A stretch of 64,000 bases of DNA from Oscillospiraceae bacterium. GTDB lineage: Bacteria > Bacillota > Clostridia > Oscillospirales > Ruminococcaceae. The number at the start of each line of letters is the position of its first letter. The first letter of the stretch is position 1. The notes below the pieces were generated by a model, which was not told where the DNA came from, ran no database searches, and saw only the letters and a list, made by a program, of their open reading frames with translations. The DNA is taken from assembly GCA_017462785.1 (NCBI GenBank), contig JAFTQJ010000017.1:2064-66063 (forward strand). The letters are read 5' to 3'. Below are positions 17,601 through 27,537 of the stretch, one piece after another. Made by a program: the position numbers and the translations under genes.

Positions 17601-19325
17601 ATGAAATTCAAAAAAACGATCGCACTGCTGACTGCGTCCTTTTCAGCAGTGTCCGCTGTACTGATGACCGCTGCGGGGGCTGCGTATCAGTACGGTGCAT
17701 CCAATGTACTGCATTTGCAGGATGCACTTCTCTGCCGTGAAGAGCTGATTGCGGCGGATGATGTGGATGGTGACGGCACAGTGAACGCCTTCGATCTCGG
17801 CATTCTGAAGAAGAAGCTGCTGGAAGAGGCTGGCGATCCGGTCACAAAGAGCTATGCAGCAACGGAGAACTATGTCAACATCATCGGCAGAAACGTGCAG
17901 AAGGAGGATGTCACATGGCTCGTACAGAGCGGCAGTGCAGTGGAATTCACTGTCACAGGCACATCCGCTTCCGTACAGCTTGCAGGTGACAGCGGCATCG
18001 GCAACGGCGAGGACTACCGTCCGAGATATGCGGTCTATGTGGACGGCGAGCTGATCGCTGACACGACCATGAGCACGGAATCCGAAACCATCACACTGTT
18101 CGAGGGCAGCACTTCGAGAATGGCACTGGTCAAGGTCATGCTGCTTTCCGAGGCAATGTACGGCGGTATCGGCGTGAAGTCCGTTGAGGTGACTTCCAAT
18201 GCACCGGTTCCCATGCAGCCGACTGCGGAAAATGATCTGCTGATCGAATTCATCGGCGACTCCATCACCTGTGCCTACGGCGTAGAGGGCACTTCCAGCT
18301 CCGAGTCCTTCAAGACGACCACGGAGAATTTCAGCAAGTCCTATGCATACCTGACTGCAATGCAGCTCGGTGCTGATTACAGTGCAGTATGTTACAGCGG
18401 TCACGGCATCGTTTCCGGTTATTCCACCGGTGACAAGAATGCCGACAGCCTTGTGCCGGATGTGTACGGACAGACCAGCAAGTACTGGGAATATGCAGAG
18501 CCGTGGGATTTTGAGAAGCGTCAGAATGATGTGGTCGTCATCAACCTCGGCACGAACGACATCAATTATGTCGGTGCAGAGCCAGAAACACGCAGTCAGG
18601 AATTCATTGACGGCTATGTGGATTTCCTTGAACAGGTGCGTGAGTACAACCCCGAGGCGTATATCATCTGCACGATGGGTACAATGGGCGGTCCTGAGAT
18701 CTATGATCTCGTAGAACAGGCGGCTGCACAGTACTCCGAGGAAAGCGGCGATGAGCGTGTGATGAGCTATTTCTCCGTGACCCACAATTTCCAGGTGGAC
18801 GGCATCGGCTCCGACTGGCATCCCTCCCCTGTGACACAGCAGAACAGTGCCTATGTACTGGCGGACAAGATCTGTCAGGCTCTGGGTATGGAGTCCTCCC
18901 AGCTCGGTCTGAATATTGCGGTGGATTCCGTTTACACCTATGATTCCAATGCGGATTCCGGTGCGAACGTGTACGGCTATGTCAACGATTACGACAAATC
19001 TTTCTGGATCAATGTCATGACGGGCGGTGCGGCAGCATCCGACATTCAGGCATACATCCCCGACCTCGGCCTGAAGAAGGACGGCGAGTACCGTGTGGAA
19101 TTCGACTATACCTGCACAGCGGAAGCGGAAATTCCGTTGATTCTGAAGGGTGAAAGCGGTACGGAGTACCTTTCCGACAGCATTGCACCGACAAGTGAAA
19201 AGATGCATTATGAGGCATTTTTCACCGCAGATGCAGCTGAAACAGCAGAGCTGATCTACCAGATGGGCGGTCAGGACAATTACAACCTGACGCTGTACAA
19301 CATCAAGGTAGTCAAGATCTCTTAA
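17601..19325 (+). CDS. secreted SGNH/GDSL esterase (CE2-like architecture) with an N-terminal dockerin-type repeat and a C-terminal beta-rich module
   Basis: 574 aa. It begins with a signal peptide (MKFKKTIALLTASFSAVSAVLMTAAGA). A calcium-binding dockerin-like segment follows (DVDGDGTVNAFDLGILKKKLL). The SGNH blocks are FIGDSITCAYG, VVINLGTNDI and DWHPS. Confidence 0.7.
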   Translation: MKFKKTIALLTASFSAVSAVLMTAAGAAYQYGASNVLHLQDALLCREELIAADDVDGDGTVNAFDLGILKKKLLEEAGDPVTKSYAATENYVNIIGRNVQKEDVTWLVQSGSAVEFTVTGTSASVQLAGDSGIGNGEDYRPRYAVYVDGELIADTTMSTESETITLFEGSTSRMALVKVMLLSEAMYGGIGVKSVEVTSNAPVPMQPTAENDLLIEFIGDSITCAYGVEGTSSSESFKTTTENFSKSYAYLTAMQLGADYSAVCYSGHGIVSGYSTGDKNADSLVPDVYGQTSKYWEYAEPWDFEKRQNDVVVINLGTNDINYVGAEPETRSQEFIDGYVDFLEQVREYNPEAYIICTMGTMGGPEIYDLVEQAAAQYSEESGDERVMSYFSVTHNFQVDGIGSDWHPSPVTQQNSAYVLADKICQALGMESSQLGLNIAVDSVYTYDSNADSGANVYGYVNDYDKSFWINVMTGGAAASDIQAYIPDLGLKKDGEYRVEFDYTCTAEAEIPLILKGESGTEYLSDSIAPTSEKMHYEAFFTADAAETAELIYQMGGQDNYNLTLYNIKVVKIS

Positions 19326-19332
19326 AACCGGA

Positions 19333-19370
19333 TCCCCCTGTTTCCCGAAAACGGAAACAGGGGGATTTTG
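19333..19370 (+). terminator. intrinsic terminator after the esterase gene
   Basis: TCCCCCTGTTTCC-cgaaaac-GGAAACAGGGGGA (13-bp stem) followed by TTTTG. Confidence 0.85.
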
Positions 19371-19432
19371 ATCCGTTGATGGATTCAAAAGGCTGCCGCC
19401 TTTTGAATCAATTGAATTTTCTAAGGACATAC

Positions 19433-19466
19433 AAAAATCCCATCCGGCAAAGCCTGCTGGATGGGA
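19433..19466 (-). terminator. intrinsic terminator after the transketolase operon
   Basis: Minus strand reads TCCCATCCAGCAGG-ctt-TGCCGGATGGGA (imperfect stem) followed by TTTTTGT. It lies directly after the stop at 19474. Confidence 0.65.
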
Positions 19467-19473
19467 AATTTTC

Positions 19474-20418
19474 TTACTTGCCAAGTACCTTCTTGACAGT
19501 TGCCACGATATTGTCTGCACACAGACCGAATTCCTTGAGCAGATCCACTGCAGGACCGGAATAGCCGTATACATCGTTCACGCCGATCTTGGTCACCGGA
19601 ACAGGATCATTCTCGGATACACAGTCAGCTACCGCACTGCCCAGACCGCCGATCACGCTGTGCTCTTCCACTGTCACGATTCTGCCGGTTTCCTTTGCTG
19701 CCTTGAGAATCAGCTCAGTATCGAGCGGCTTGATGGTGTGGATGTTGAGCACTCTTGCATTGATGCCCTCAGCTGCCAGCTGTTCAGCGGCTTCTGCTGC
19801 TTCGCCAACCATCAGACCGGTTGCCACGATGGTGATATCCTCACCGTCACGAACGGTAATACCCTTACCCAGCTCGAACTTGTAGTTCTCCGGATCGTTC
19901 AGGATCGGAGCTGCCAGTCTGCCGAAACGCATGTAAACCGGACCATTGTGGAGGATCGCTGCCTCAACTGCCGCCTTTGCTTCTACATCGTCACTCGGAA
20001 CGATGACTGTCATGCCGGGGATGGTACGCATCAGGGCAATGTCCTCGTTGCACTGGTGGGTCGCACCGTCCTCACCGACGGAAATGCCGGCGTGGGTCGC
20101 ACCGATCTTCACATTCAGACCCGGATAGCCGATGGAATTGCGGACGATCTCGTATGCTCTGCCTGCTGCGAACATTGCAAAGGTGCTTGCAAACGGGATC
20201 ATGCCGGATGCTGCAAGACCTGCTGCAACGCCCATCATGTTGGCTTCTGCAATACCGCAGTCAAAAAATCTGTCCGGATATGCCTTCTTGAAAATGCCGG
20301 TCTTGGTTGCAGCTGCGAGGTCTGCGTCCAGAACCACGAGGTTTTCGTATTTCTCCGCCAGAGCTGTGAGGGCTTCGCCGTAGCTCTCTCTGGTTGCCTT
20401 CTTCTTTACATCAGCCAT
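19474..20418 (-). CDS. transketolase, C-terminal subunit
   Basis: 314 aa covering the pyrimidine-binding and C-terminal domains (GIAEANMMGVAAGLA, GATHQCNEDIALMR). It forms a split-gene arrangement with the upstream subunit. Confidence 0.9.
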   Translation of the reverse strand: MADVKKKATRESYGEALTALAEKYENLVVLDADLAAATKTGIFKKAYPDRFFDCGIAEANMMGVAAGLAASGMIPFASTFAMFAAGRAYEIVRNSIGYPGLNVKIGATHAGISVGEDGATHQCNEDIALMRTIPGMTVIVPSDDVEAKAAVEAAILHNGPVYMRFGRLAAPILNDPENYKFELGKGITVRDGEDITIVATGLMVGEAAEAAEQLAAEGINARVLNIHTIKPLDTELILKAAKETGRIVTVEEHSVIGGLGSAVADCVSENDPVPVTKIGVNDVYGYSGPAVDLLKEFGLCADNIVATVKKVLGK

Positions 20419-20420
20419 TG

Positions 20421-21260
20421 TTACGCCTCCAATTCTGCCAGCTGCTGGCGAAGCTCTGCCATAGCCTGCTCATACTGTTCTGCATTCGGTGCTGCACCGT
20501 GCCAGCTTACCTGATTCTCCATAAAGGAAACGCCCTTGCCCTTGACACTCTTCTGGATGATGGCTACGGGCTTGCCGGTGATGCTCTCAGCCTCGTTGAA
20601 GGCTCTCTCAATGTCATCGAAATCATGTGCATCCATGAGGATCACATGCCATCCGAATGCACGGAACTTCTCATCGATCGGCTCAGGGGAGCATACTTCG
20701 GTGATCTTGCCGTCGATCTGCAGACCGTTGTTATCCACGATCGCAGTCAGATTGTCAAGTCCGTAATGAGCCGCAAACATTGCAGCCTCCCATACCTGAC
20801 CCTCTTCGATCTCGCCGTCACCGAGGATGGTGTAAACATGGTAGGGTGCGGATTTCAGCTTTCCGGCAAGTGCCATGCCGCAGGCTGCGGAGATACCCTG
20901 ACCGAGGGAACCGCTGGACATGTCCACGCCGGGGATGTGGATGCAGGGATGACCCTGCAGCAGTGCACCGATATGACGCAGATGTGTCAGCTCTTCCTTA
21001 TCGAAAAAGCCCCTTTCTGCCAGTGCGGAATACAGAGCCGGTGCAGTATGGCCCTTGGAAAGCACGAGTCTGTCACGATCCTCCATGTCAGGATTCTTGG
21101 GATCCACATGCATTTTCGCAAAATACAGATAGGTCAGCAGGTCGGAAATGGAAAGGGATCCGCCCGGATGACCGGATTTTGCGTGGAATGTTCCTGTCAG
21201 AACACCCATGCGGATGCTGCAGGCTGTTTTTTGCAGCTGCTTCTTGATTGTTTCGTCCAT
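20421..21260 (-). CDS. transketolase, N-terminal (TPP-binding) subunit
   Basis: It has the SGHPGGSLS and GDGEIEEGQVWEA motifs. I set the start at ATG 21260 (MDETIKK), 8 nt after GGAGG. The track ORF begins 5 codons earlier. Confidence 0.9.
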   Translation of the reverse strand: MDETIKKQLQKTACSIRMGVLTGTFHAKSGHPGGSLSISDLLTYLYFAKMHVDPKNPDMEDRDRLVLSKGHTAPALYSALAERGFFDKEELTHLRHIGALLQGHPCIHIPGVDMSSGSLGQGISAACGMALAGKLKSAPYHVYTILGDGEIEEGQVWEAAMFAAHYGLDNLTAIVDNNGLQIDGKITEVCSPEPIDEKFRAFGWHVILMDAHDFDDIERAFNEAESITGKPVAIIQKSVKGKGVSFMENQVSWHGAAPNAEQYEQAMAELRQQLAELEA

Positions 21261-21315
21261 GAGTATTACCTCCATTATTCTTAACGGACAACCGACAGAG
21301 CAGTCGTCCGCTTGA

Positions 21316-22131
21316 TTAGCTTGATGCGAGCAGGAATTCGATCAGCTCTTCGATCGCTCCCTCCTCACAGGTTCGGGTCAGAATGTGCTGTGCGGCTGCC
21401 TTTGCCGAATCCATCGCATTGGCAGGGGCTGCACTGATGTCGGCACGGCGGAGCATCTCCACATCGTTGTCGAAATCTCCGACCGCCGCAATGACTGCAT
21501 GCTCCATCCCCTCCAACTGACGGTAGGGAGTCAGGGCACTGCCCTTGGTGACGTTCGCCGGCAGCATTTCGTAAAAGATCGGTGCGGACTGCATGAAATC
21601 CACGCCGCTGTAACGGCGGCTCTGCACGTCCCTGATGAAATCCGGAACTTCCTCCGGTGCCATCGCAAAGAGCACCTTGAGCCAGCCGTCCTGCGGGATC
21701 TCCTCCAGTGTGCAGTACTCAGGTTCTACGCCGCACAGGGCGATATGATGCTTCTCCCATTCATTATTCCGCACAACATAGGCATTATTTGCACGGAGCA
21801 CCTCAACGCCCACCTCCGGAAAAGCCTCCATCAGCTCCCTTGTCATTGCAAGAGCACCGGACGGGAGCGTTTCAGAAAACAGCACCCTGTCCTGCACGGA
21901 ATCATAGATCGCCGCACCGTTGTAGACGATCATGGGCGTAGTAAGTCCGAGCATTTCCTGATAGCGGATGGCTGCCTGAATGGTTCTGCCGGTCGCAATG
22001 GCAAATCTGCCGCCCGCCGCCTCAAATCTGCGGATGGCGTTCAGATCACGCTCCAGCGGAATTTTATCCGGCGGAAGCAGGGTGCCGTCAAGGTCGGACA
22101 CGATGAGCAGTTGTTTCGGATCAATCATCAT
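21316..22131 (-). CDS. Cof-type HAD-IIB family hydrolase
   Basis: 271 aa with DLDGTLL at the N-terminus and GDFDNDVEML near the C-terminus. Confidence 0.8.
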   Translation of the reverse strand: MMIDPKQLLIVSDLDGTLLPPDKIPLERDLNAIRRFEAAGGRFAIATGRTIQAAIRYQEMLGLTTPMIVYNGAAIYDSVQDRVLFSETLPSGALAMTRELMEAFPEVGVEVLRANNAYVVRNNEWEKHHIALCGVEPEYCTLEEIPQDGWLKVLFAMAPEEVPDFIRDVQSRRYSGVDFMQSAPIFYEMLPANVTKGSALTPYRQLEGMEHAVIAAVGDFDNDVEMLRRADISAAPANAMDSAKAAAQHILTRTCEEGAIEELIEFLLASS

Positions 22132-23043
22132 TTACATCTTCTCCATCTTATCAAGAATTTTCTGAAAATAAGGCGGAAGATCGCTGGAAAACTCCATGTA
22201 TTCTTCCGTTGTCGGATGAATGAAGCCGATCTTCCGTGCATGCAGGCACTGACCCTGCACCCCCTTGACGATCCTGCCGTACACATTGTCCGCATAGATC
22301 GGATGACCGATATAGGACATATGCACACGGATCTGGTGGGTTCTGCCGGTTTCCAGCCGCAGGCGTAAGTGGGCAAAGCCGCCGTACTGCCTGAGCACCT
22401 CATAATGTGTGATGGCTTCCTTGGAATTCTTGTCCGTTACGCACATTTTCATGCGGTCGATCGGGTGTCTGCCGATGGGGGCATTCACCGTGCCGGAGGG
22501 TTCCTTGAATGCTCCGACTGCAACCGCTTCGTATTCTCTGGTGAAGCTGTGCTCCTTGATCTGCTCCGCCAGATGCTTGTGAGCCTTGTCATTTTTAGCA
22601 ACGATCAGCAGACCGCTGGTATTCTTATCAATGCGGTGCACGATGCCGGGGCGGATCTTGCCGTTGATGCCGGACAGACTGCCCTTGCAGTGGAACATGA
22701 GTGCATTGACCAGAGTTTCGTCATAATTGCCGGGTGCCGGATGCACGACCATTCCCTTGGGCTTGTTGACCACAAGGAGATCCGCATCCTCATACACGAT
22801 GTCCAGCGGAATATCCTGCGGTACAACGTCAATTTCCTCCGCCGGCGGAACAGTCACCTCGATCCGCTGCCCTGCCTTGGGGCGGCAGTTCTTGGGGATC
22901 TCCTTCCCTTCCACGAGCACATTGCCGCTGGCGATCAGTCCCTGCACGGCACAGCGTGTCAGACCAATGCCGAGGGTGGCGATCCATTTGTCCAGACGGG
23001 AGCCGACTGCATCCTCCGGAAAAATCAGGTCATGCTTGAGCAT
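22132..23043 (-). CDS. rluD: RluA family pseudouridine synthase (RluD-like, with N-terminal S4 domain)
   Basis: It carries the catalytic block HRIDKNTSGLLIVAKND and GRTHQIRVH. I set the start at ATG 23043 (MLKHDLIFPED). The longer track ORF would overlap lspA almost entirely. Confidence 0.85.
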   Translation of the reverse strand: MLKHDLIFPEDAVGSRLDKWIATLGIGLTRCAVQGLIASGNVLVEGKEIPKNCRPKAGQRIEVTVPPAEEIDVVPQDIPLDIVYEDADLLVVNKPKGMVVHPAPGNYDETLVNALMFHCKGSLSGINGKIRPGIVHRIDKNTSGLLIVAKNDKAHKHLAEQIKEHSFTREYEAVAVGAFKEPSGTVNAPIGRHPIDRMKMCVTDKNSKEAITHYEVLRQYGGFAHLRLRLETGRTHQIRVHMSYIGHPIYADNVYGRIVKGVQGQCLHARKIGFIHPTTEEYMEFSSDLPPYFQKILDKMEKM

Positions 23044-23539
23044 CCGTTCCCTCCTGTTCTGCTGCGGACTTCTTTTCCTTATCCATGAAAAACAGGATAT
23101 AAATGAAGAGCATTGCGGTGCCGATGCAGACGCAGCAGTCCGCAAAATTGAAAATTGCAAAGTCAAAAAGCTGTACATCCAGATAATCCACCACTGCACC
23201 GCCACGGAAAATGCGGTCGTACATATTACCGAGTGCACCGCCGATCACAAGCACCAGACTCCAGAAGAGAAAGGGCTTCTGACGGGCATGACGGATCAGG
23301 ATATAGATGCAGGCTGCCGCACCGATGATGGTCACGGTCAGCAGGAGCCAGCGGTGACCGGCAAGGCTGCCGAATGCGGAGCCGGTATTTTCGAGGTAGG
23401 TCAGATGCATGATGTCGAGGCTGCCGATTTGCAGAAACTCCATTTCACCAACGGGTTTCAGCTCGGCGACTGCCCAGATTTTGATTGCCTGATCGATACC
23501 GACCAGAAGTATGATCGCAATTGCTGCAATAATCAGCAA
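23030..23539 (-). CDS. lspA: lipoprotein signal peptidase (signal peptidase II)
   Basis: 169 aa with four transmembrane segments. It has the GGALGNMYDR and FNFADCCVCIG motifs. Confidence 0.85.
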   Translation of the reverse strand: MLIIAAIAIILLVGIDQAIKIWAVAELKPVGEMEFLQIGSLDIMHLTYLENTGSAFGSLAGHRWLLLTVTIIGAAACIYILIRHARQKPFLFWSLVLVIGGALGNMYDRIFRGGAVVDYLDVQLFDFAIFNFADCCVCIGTAMLFIYILFFMDKEKKSAAEQEGTDAQA

Positions 23540-23570
23540 GATGTTCCCTCCTCAATATAGCGAGCATTTC

Positions 23571-23605
23571 AAAAAAGCCTGCCGCCCTTTACGGACGGCA
23601 AGCCG
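23571..23605 (-). terminator. intrinsic terminator after divIVA
   Basis: Minus strand reads GGCTTGCCG-tccgtaaaggg-CGGCAGGCT (9 bp including two G-U pairs) followed by TTTTTT. Confidence 0.65.
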
Positions 23606-23618
23606 TTTTCTGGTTCAA

Positions 23619-24314
23619 TTATGCTTCCGCAGAATCCTTGGTACCCTGACCGTTGTTGTCACCGAACTGCAGGTCACTGAAACGGGATTCATATGCACCA
23701 CGGATCACTCTTGTGGAAAACTGGGAGGTCGCAAACGGATCGGGCTTGTTCTCGTCCGCTGTTACGCTCTCCTCTGCCGGCTTTGCAGCAGGTGCTGCCG
23801 GTGCAGGTGCAGGAGCTTCCTCTTCCTCCGCTTCATCAGCCTCCGGCATTGCGGAGATCATTTCCAGATGGCTCTTGTACATGTCAAACAGGCTGCGTTT
23901 GAAATCTGCAACCATCTTCCGTGCTTGTACGAGTGCTTCCTTTTCCTTGGCGATCTCTGCACGGTTCTTTTCCATCGCAATCTCATGCTGACGGGTTGCC
24001 TCATCGAGCAGTACTGCGGCTTCTTCCTTCGCCTTATCAAGGATCTGGGCTGCCTTTTCATTGGCTTCTGCAACCACCTGATGGCCCTGCTTCTGTGCAC
24101 CGAGCAGTGCATCCTTGAGAGCCTCTTCATCCTTCATATACTCACGAACCTTATCTGCAAGAATCTGGATCTTCTTGTTGTTATCAGCTCGTTCGTTATC
24201 AATTTCCTGAAAAGTTGCTTCAAGCTGTCCGAGGAATTCATCAATATCCTCGGGACGATAACCCCAGGCTGCCTTTTCAAATCGTTTGTCTCTGATGTCC
24301 TGTGCAGTCATCAT
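23619..24314 (-). CDS. divIVA: DivIVA domain cell-division protein
   Basis: The N-terminus MTAQDIRDKRFEKAAWGYRPEDIDEFLGQL is the DivIVA signature, followed by a coiled coil. It sits in the conserved sepF-ylmH-divIVA context. Confidence 0.8.
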   Translation of the reverse strand: MMTAQDIRDKRFEKAAWGYRPEDIDEFLGQLEATFQEIDNERADNNKKIQILADKVREYMKDEEALKDALLGAQKQGHQVVAEANEKAAQILDKAKEEAAVLLDEATRQHEIAMEKNRAEIAKEKEALVQARKMVADFKRSLFDMYKSHLEMISAMPEADEAEEEEAPAPAPAAPAAKPAEESVTADENKPDPFATSQFSTRVIRGAYESRFSDLQFGDNNGQGTKDSAEA

Positions 24315-24336
24315 AGTGCTTCACCTCTTAAAATTA

Positions 24337-25083
24337 TTATAGATATTTTTCAATGGTTATATGCAAACGGCCTTTTTGGGTGGGGCCGTTCAGCTCACTG
24401 ACACGAAATTTGCCGAACCCACGGACGGAGAATACATCCCCTTGTGCAACCTGACAGGATACATCCTGCACCTGCACATAATTGAGAGAAACAAGTCCTC
24501 CCCGTATGTAATCCGCACAGGCATTCCTGCCCGTACTCAATGCGGTTCTCAGAACTGCATCCAGCCTTGGTGCAGCCAATGTTCCGGTGATCTCCTTCGT
24601 TTCCTGACGGCATTCGCAGGAAAACGGGAGTGCATCGGTGATCTGCACACCCACTCTGCCGATCTTTTCCATCTGCATACAGACGGAGGCGGCAGCAGGT
24701 GTCATAAAGCATTGGATCTTTCCGGGATTGATGACGATGTCCCCGAGTGTATCACGCTGCACCTGCTGTGCCATGATACTGCCAAGCACATCCCGATGGG
24801 TGAGCTTGTCCGCCTGACGATGGGTAATGGTCAGGCACACGAGAGGGAATTCCTCATCCTCCGGCGGAAAATCAAGCGGATGGATGCAGAGGATACCACG
24901 TTCCGCCTGTGGATACCCCCCATAAAACCGATAGGTTCCTGCCTGAAGCTGCCCCGTCAGCATGGTGTACTGCCGCATATCCAGAAAGGCTGTAAAGCTC
25001 CGGAATGCACTGCGTTTGACCATGTCCCTGACATGAGCCTGTAAAATTTTATCCGCTTCCTGCTGTTTATGATCCGGCATCAT
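24337..25083 (-). CDS. ylmH: YlmH family RNA-binding protein (C-terminal S4 domain)
   Basis: 248 aa with a C-terminal S4-like region (RLDAVLRTAL...GGLVSLNYVQV...GDVFSVRGFGKFRV). It lies between sepF and divIVA, as in other Firmicutes. Confidence 0.7.
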   Translation of the reverse strand: MMPDHKQQEADKILQAHVRDMVKRSAFRSFTAFLDMRQYTMLTGQLQAGTYRFYGGYPQAERGILCIHPLDFPPEDEEFPLVCLTITHRQADKLTHRDVLGSIMAQQVQRDTLGDIVINPGKIQCFMTPAAASVCMQMEKIGRVGVQITDALPFSCECRQETKEITGTLAAPRLDAVLRTALSTGRNACADYIRGGLVSLNYVQVQDVSCQVAQGDVFSVRGFGKFRVSELNGPTQKGRLHITIEKYL

Positions 25084-25085
25084 TC

Positions 25086-25535
25086 TCAGATGATCACGCC
25101 GTTATTCTCCAGCTCTGCAGCAAGATCATCACCAATGAAGCCTACGTTGTAGGGAGTGATGATGTAGGTCAGGTTTGCTACGGGCTTGAGGCTGCCGCTG
25201 ATGGCATAGGAAACGCCCACGAGGAAGTCGATGATTCTTCTTCTGTTCTCAGGAGAAGCGGTTTCCAGATTCAGTACAACGGTCTTTCTGCTGATCAGGT
25301 GATCTGCGATTGCCTTGGCATCTGTAAATACCTCGGGCTTTACGAGAACGACCTGAAGCTGTGCTGTTGCCTGAATGTTCACGATATTGGAACCCGGTGT
25401 TCTCTCGATCGGAATATCCTCAAAGCCCTGTGAATTCGGCATACCCGGATTGGAAACCGGAATCTCGCTTCCGGGAACCGGATCGGGCATATCGGACGGG
25501 AAAAAGAATTCCTTCACATTGTCAAAAATTTTCAT
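25086..25535 (-). CDS. sepF: cell division protein SepF
   Basis: It has the C-terminal SepF core VVLVKPEVFTDAKAIADHLISRKTVVLNLE...IDFLVGVSYAISGSL. I set the start at ATG 25535 (MKIFDNVKEF), 8 nt after GGAG. The upstream ATG at MELVMKIF remains possible. Confidence 0.8.
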   Translation of the reverse strand: MKIFDNVKEFFFPSDMPDPVPGSEIPVSNPGMPNSQGFEDIPIERTPGSNIVNIQATAQLQVVLVKPEVFTDAKAIADHLISRKTVVLNLETASPENRRRIIDFLVGVSYAISGSLKPVANLTYIITPYNVGFIGDDLAAELENNGVII

Positions 25536-25592
25536 AACAAGCTCCATTCTCCGCACGTTTTGGTTTCTTGCGATGCGTACGGTCATCAAAAT

Positions 25593-26294
25593 TTATATAT
25601 ATTTTCTTGCACCGAACAGTGCGGAACCGATTCTCACAAGGTTGGAACCGCAGGCAATGGCGGCTTCAAAATCGCCGGACATTCCCATGGATAAGATCCG
25701 CATTTCTGTATTCGGCACATTGTCAGCTTTGCATTGTTCAAACAGCTTCTGCATCGCTTCCAGATACACTGTTCCGCTTGACGGCGGCGGTATGGTCATC
25801 AGACCACAGACATGGAGATTCGGAAGCTGTGCGGCTGCATGCAGCAGTTCAGGGAGTTCCTCCGGACTGATGCCGCTTTTGCTTTCCTCACCGCCGATGT
25901 TCACTTCCAGCAGGATGTCCTGCCGCAGATCGTGCTTTGCTGCACAGCGGCTGATCTCCTGAGCAAGTGAAATCCTGTCCACCGACTGGATCATGCTCAC
26001 ATTCCCCACAAGGTACTTCACTTTATTGCCCTGCAAATGACCGATAAAGTGCACCTCCGCCCTCGGGTCATAGCTGTCACGCTTGGACTGGTACTCCTGC
26101 ACACGGTTCTCACCGAGCAGGCGGATACCGCAGTCAACCGCACAGTTGACAAGCTCCGGCTCGACGGTTTTGGTCACTGCCATCAGCGTGATCTCTTTGG
26201 GATCACGTCCGCTTCTGACTGCTGCGGCATTGACAGCCTCCTGTATTCGTGCGTAATTGTCACGCACCTGCATCAGTTTATTGTCCATCCGCAT
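25593..26294 (-). CDS. YggS/YlmE family pyridoxal-phosphate homeostasis protein
   Basis: 233 aa with LMAVTKTV (PLP lysine), LLGENRVQE, HFIGHLQGNK and SMGMSGDFE. Confidence 0.85.
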   Translation of the reverse strand: MRMDNKLMQVRDNYARIQEAVNAAAVRSGRDPKEITLMAVTKTVEPELVNCAVDCGIRLLGENRVQEYQSKRDSYDPRAEVHFIGHLQGNKVKYLVGNVSMIQSVDRISLAQEISRCAAKHDLRQDILLEVNIGGEESKSGISPEELPELLHAAAQLPNLHVCGLMTIPPPSSGTVYLEAMQKLFEQCKADNVPNTEMRILSMGMSGDFEAAIACGSNLVRIGSALFGARKYI

Positions 26295-27525
26295 CTATTC
26301 CTCCTGTGATAATGGAATCATACAGGAGCAGATAACCGCTGCCTGCATTCTGTGAAGAAATCACATAATCCGCACCCTCGTAGATCACATCCAGCTTACG
26401 GAATTCGGGCTGTTCGCCGTTCAGGACATAAACCCCACGGTAGCTGACGGACTGCGGTACAGTTTCACCTGTCAGCGGATCGGTCGTTTCTTCTGTAAAT
26501 GTCTGGAAATGCAGAGCATTTCTCGGAACCATGATTCCCTTATATTCTCCACGGATCAGCTCCACATTCTCCGTCCGGTGCTGCACGAGATCATAGGTCA
26601 TCGTTTCGCACTTGATGGCAATGATGGTGTTCTCCTCACCTGCTGCATTGTTCAGCATGATGATCTCACCTGTCACTGTATCCGAGGTGGATGCAAATTT
26701 CAGCGTTACTTTGCTTCCTGCTTCGTAGATTTTCTCCGAATTATCGACAACCGCTGCCAGCACCCACTCATAGCTGTCGATCAGCTTTCCAACCGTTGCA
26801 CTGTCAGTCAGCACATTGTCCGTCACATCATTGATCTGGTCAACGGTCAGGCTTTCGATGCTGTCCACAGTGAAGGTTTCCTCCAGACCGTCCACATAGC
26901 TGACAAAGTAGGCTGTTCTGTCCGCACGGATCGTGTCCAGCGGTGCCTCCTGTGCCAGTGTCAGCGAATTGATCTCGGAACGGATGCTCTTCATGCGTTC
27001 CTCATAACCGGAATCCTTTCCGGTCACAAGGCGGTAGGTACTCAGGAGCACCGCCATTTCCTCACGCTCCGACTGGATGGAGGAAAGCTGACTGCGTTCC
27101 CTGTCGTACAGAAAGCCCTTGTAGGTTTCCGTCAGCAGATTGGAAATATTGGTCGGCTGGGCTGTCTGTGTGGTGCCGGGGTTGGAGATACGTTCGAGCA
27201 GAGCGTAGGTATTCTCCAGCTTTTCGATCCTCTGCTTGATCTGGATCTGATTCTCGCTGGAATAGACATTTGCGATCACGGAACCGATGCCGAGCTTACC
27301 GCCGTCGGGGACTTCGTAGTTGATGACTCCCTGACCGCTGTAAGTAACGACCTCTTCATCCCGTATGAAAACGCCCTTGACCAGCTCCGAATCGCTTCCC
27401 ACTGAGAGGAGTGCTGTTTCTGTCGTGTAATCCTGATGCATTTTTTTGTAAAAGATGTTGATCATTGTGACAATACCGCAGATCGCCACAAGACTGAACA
27501 CCAATTTCAGCATTCCGGAATTCAT
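26278..27525 (-). CDS. membrane-anchored HlyD/membrane-fusion-like protein (uncertain)
   Basis: 415 aa with an N-terminal transmembrane helix. A lipoyl-like hairpin segment (GVFIRDEEVVTYSGQGVINYEVPDGGKLGIGSVIANVY) is followed by a coiled coil and a beta-rich C-terminus. The family call is made by architecture only. Confidence 0.45.
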   Translation of the reverse strand: MNSGMLKLVFSLVAICGIVTMINIFYKKMHQDYTTETALLSVGSDSELVKGVFIRDEEVVTYSGQGVINYEVPDGGKLGIGSVIANVYSSENQIQIKQRIEKLENTYALLERISNPGTTQTAQPTNISNLLTETYKGFLYDRERSQLSSIQSEREEMAVLLSTYRLVTGKDSGYEERMKSIRSEINSLTLAQEAPLDTIRADRTAYFVSYVDGLEETFTVDSIESLTVDQINDVTDNVLTDSATVGKLIDSYEWVLAAVVDNSEKIYEAGSKVTLKFASTSDTVTGEIIMLNNAAGEENTIIAIKCETMTYDLVQHRTENVELIRGEYKGIMVPRNALHFQTFTEETTDPLTGETVPQSVSYRGVYVLNGEQPEFRKLDVIYEGADYVISSQNAGSGYLLLYDSIITGGIDADGQ

Positions 27526-27537
27526 GCAATCACCAGC

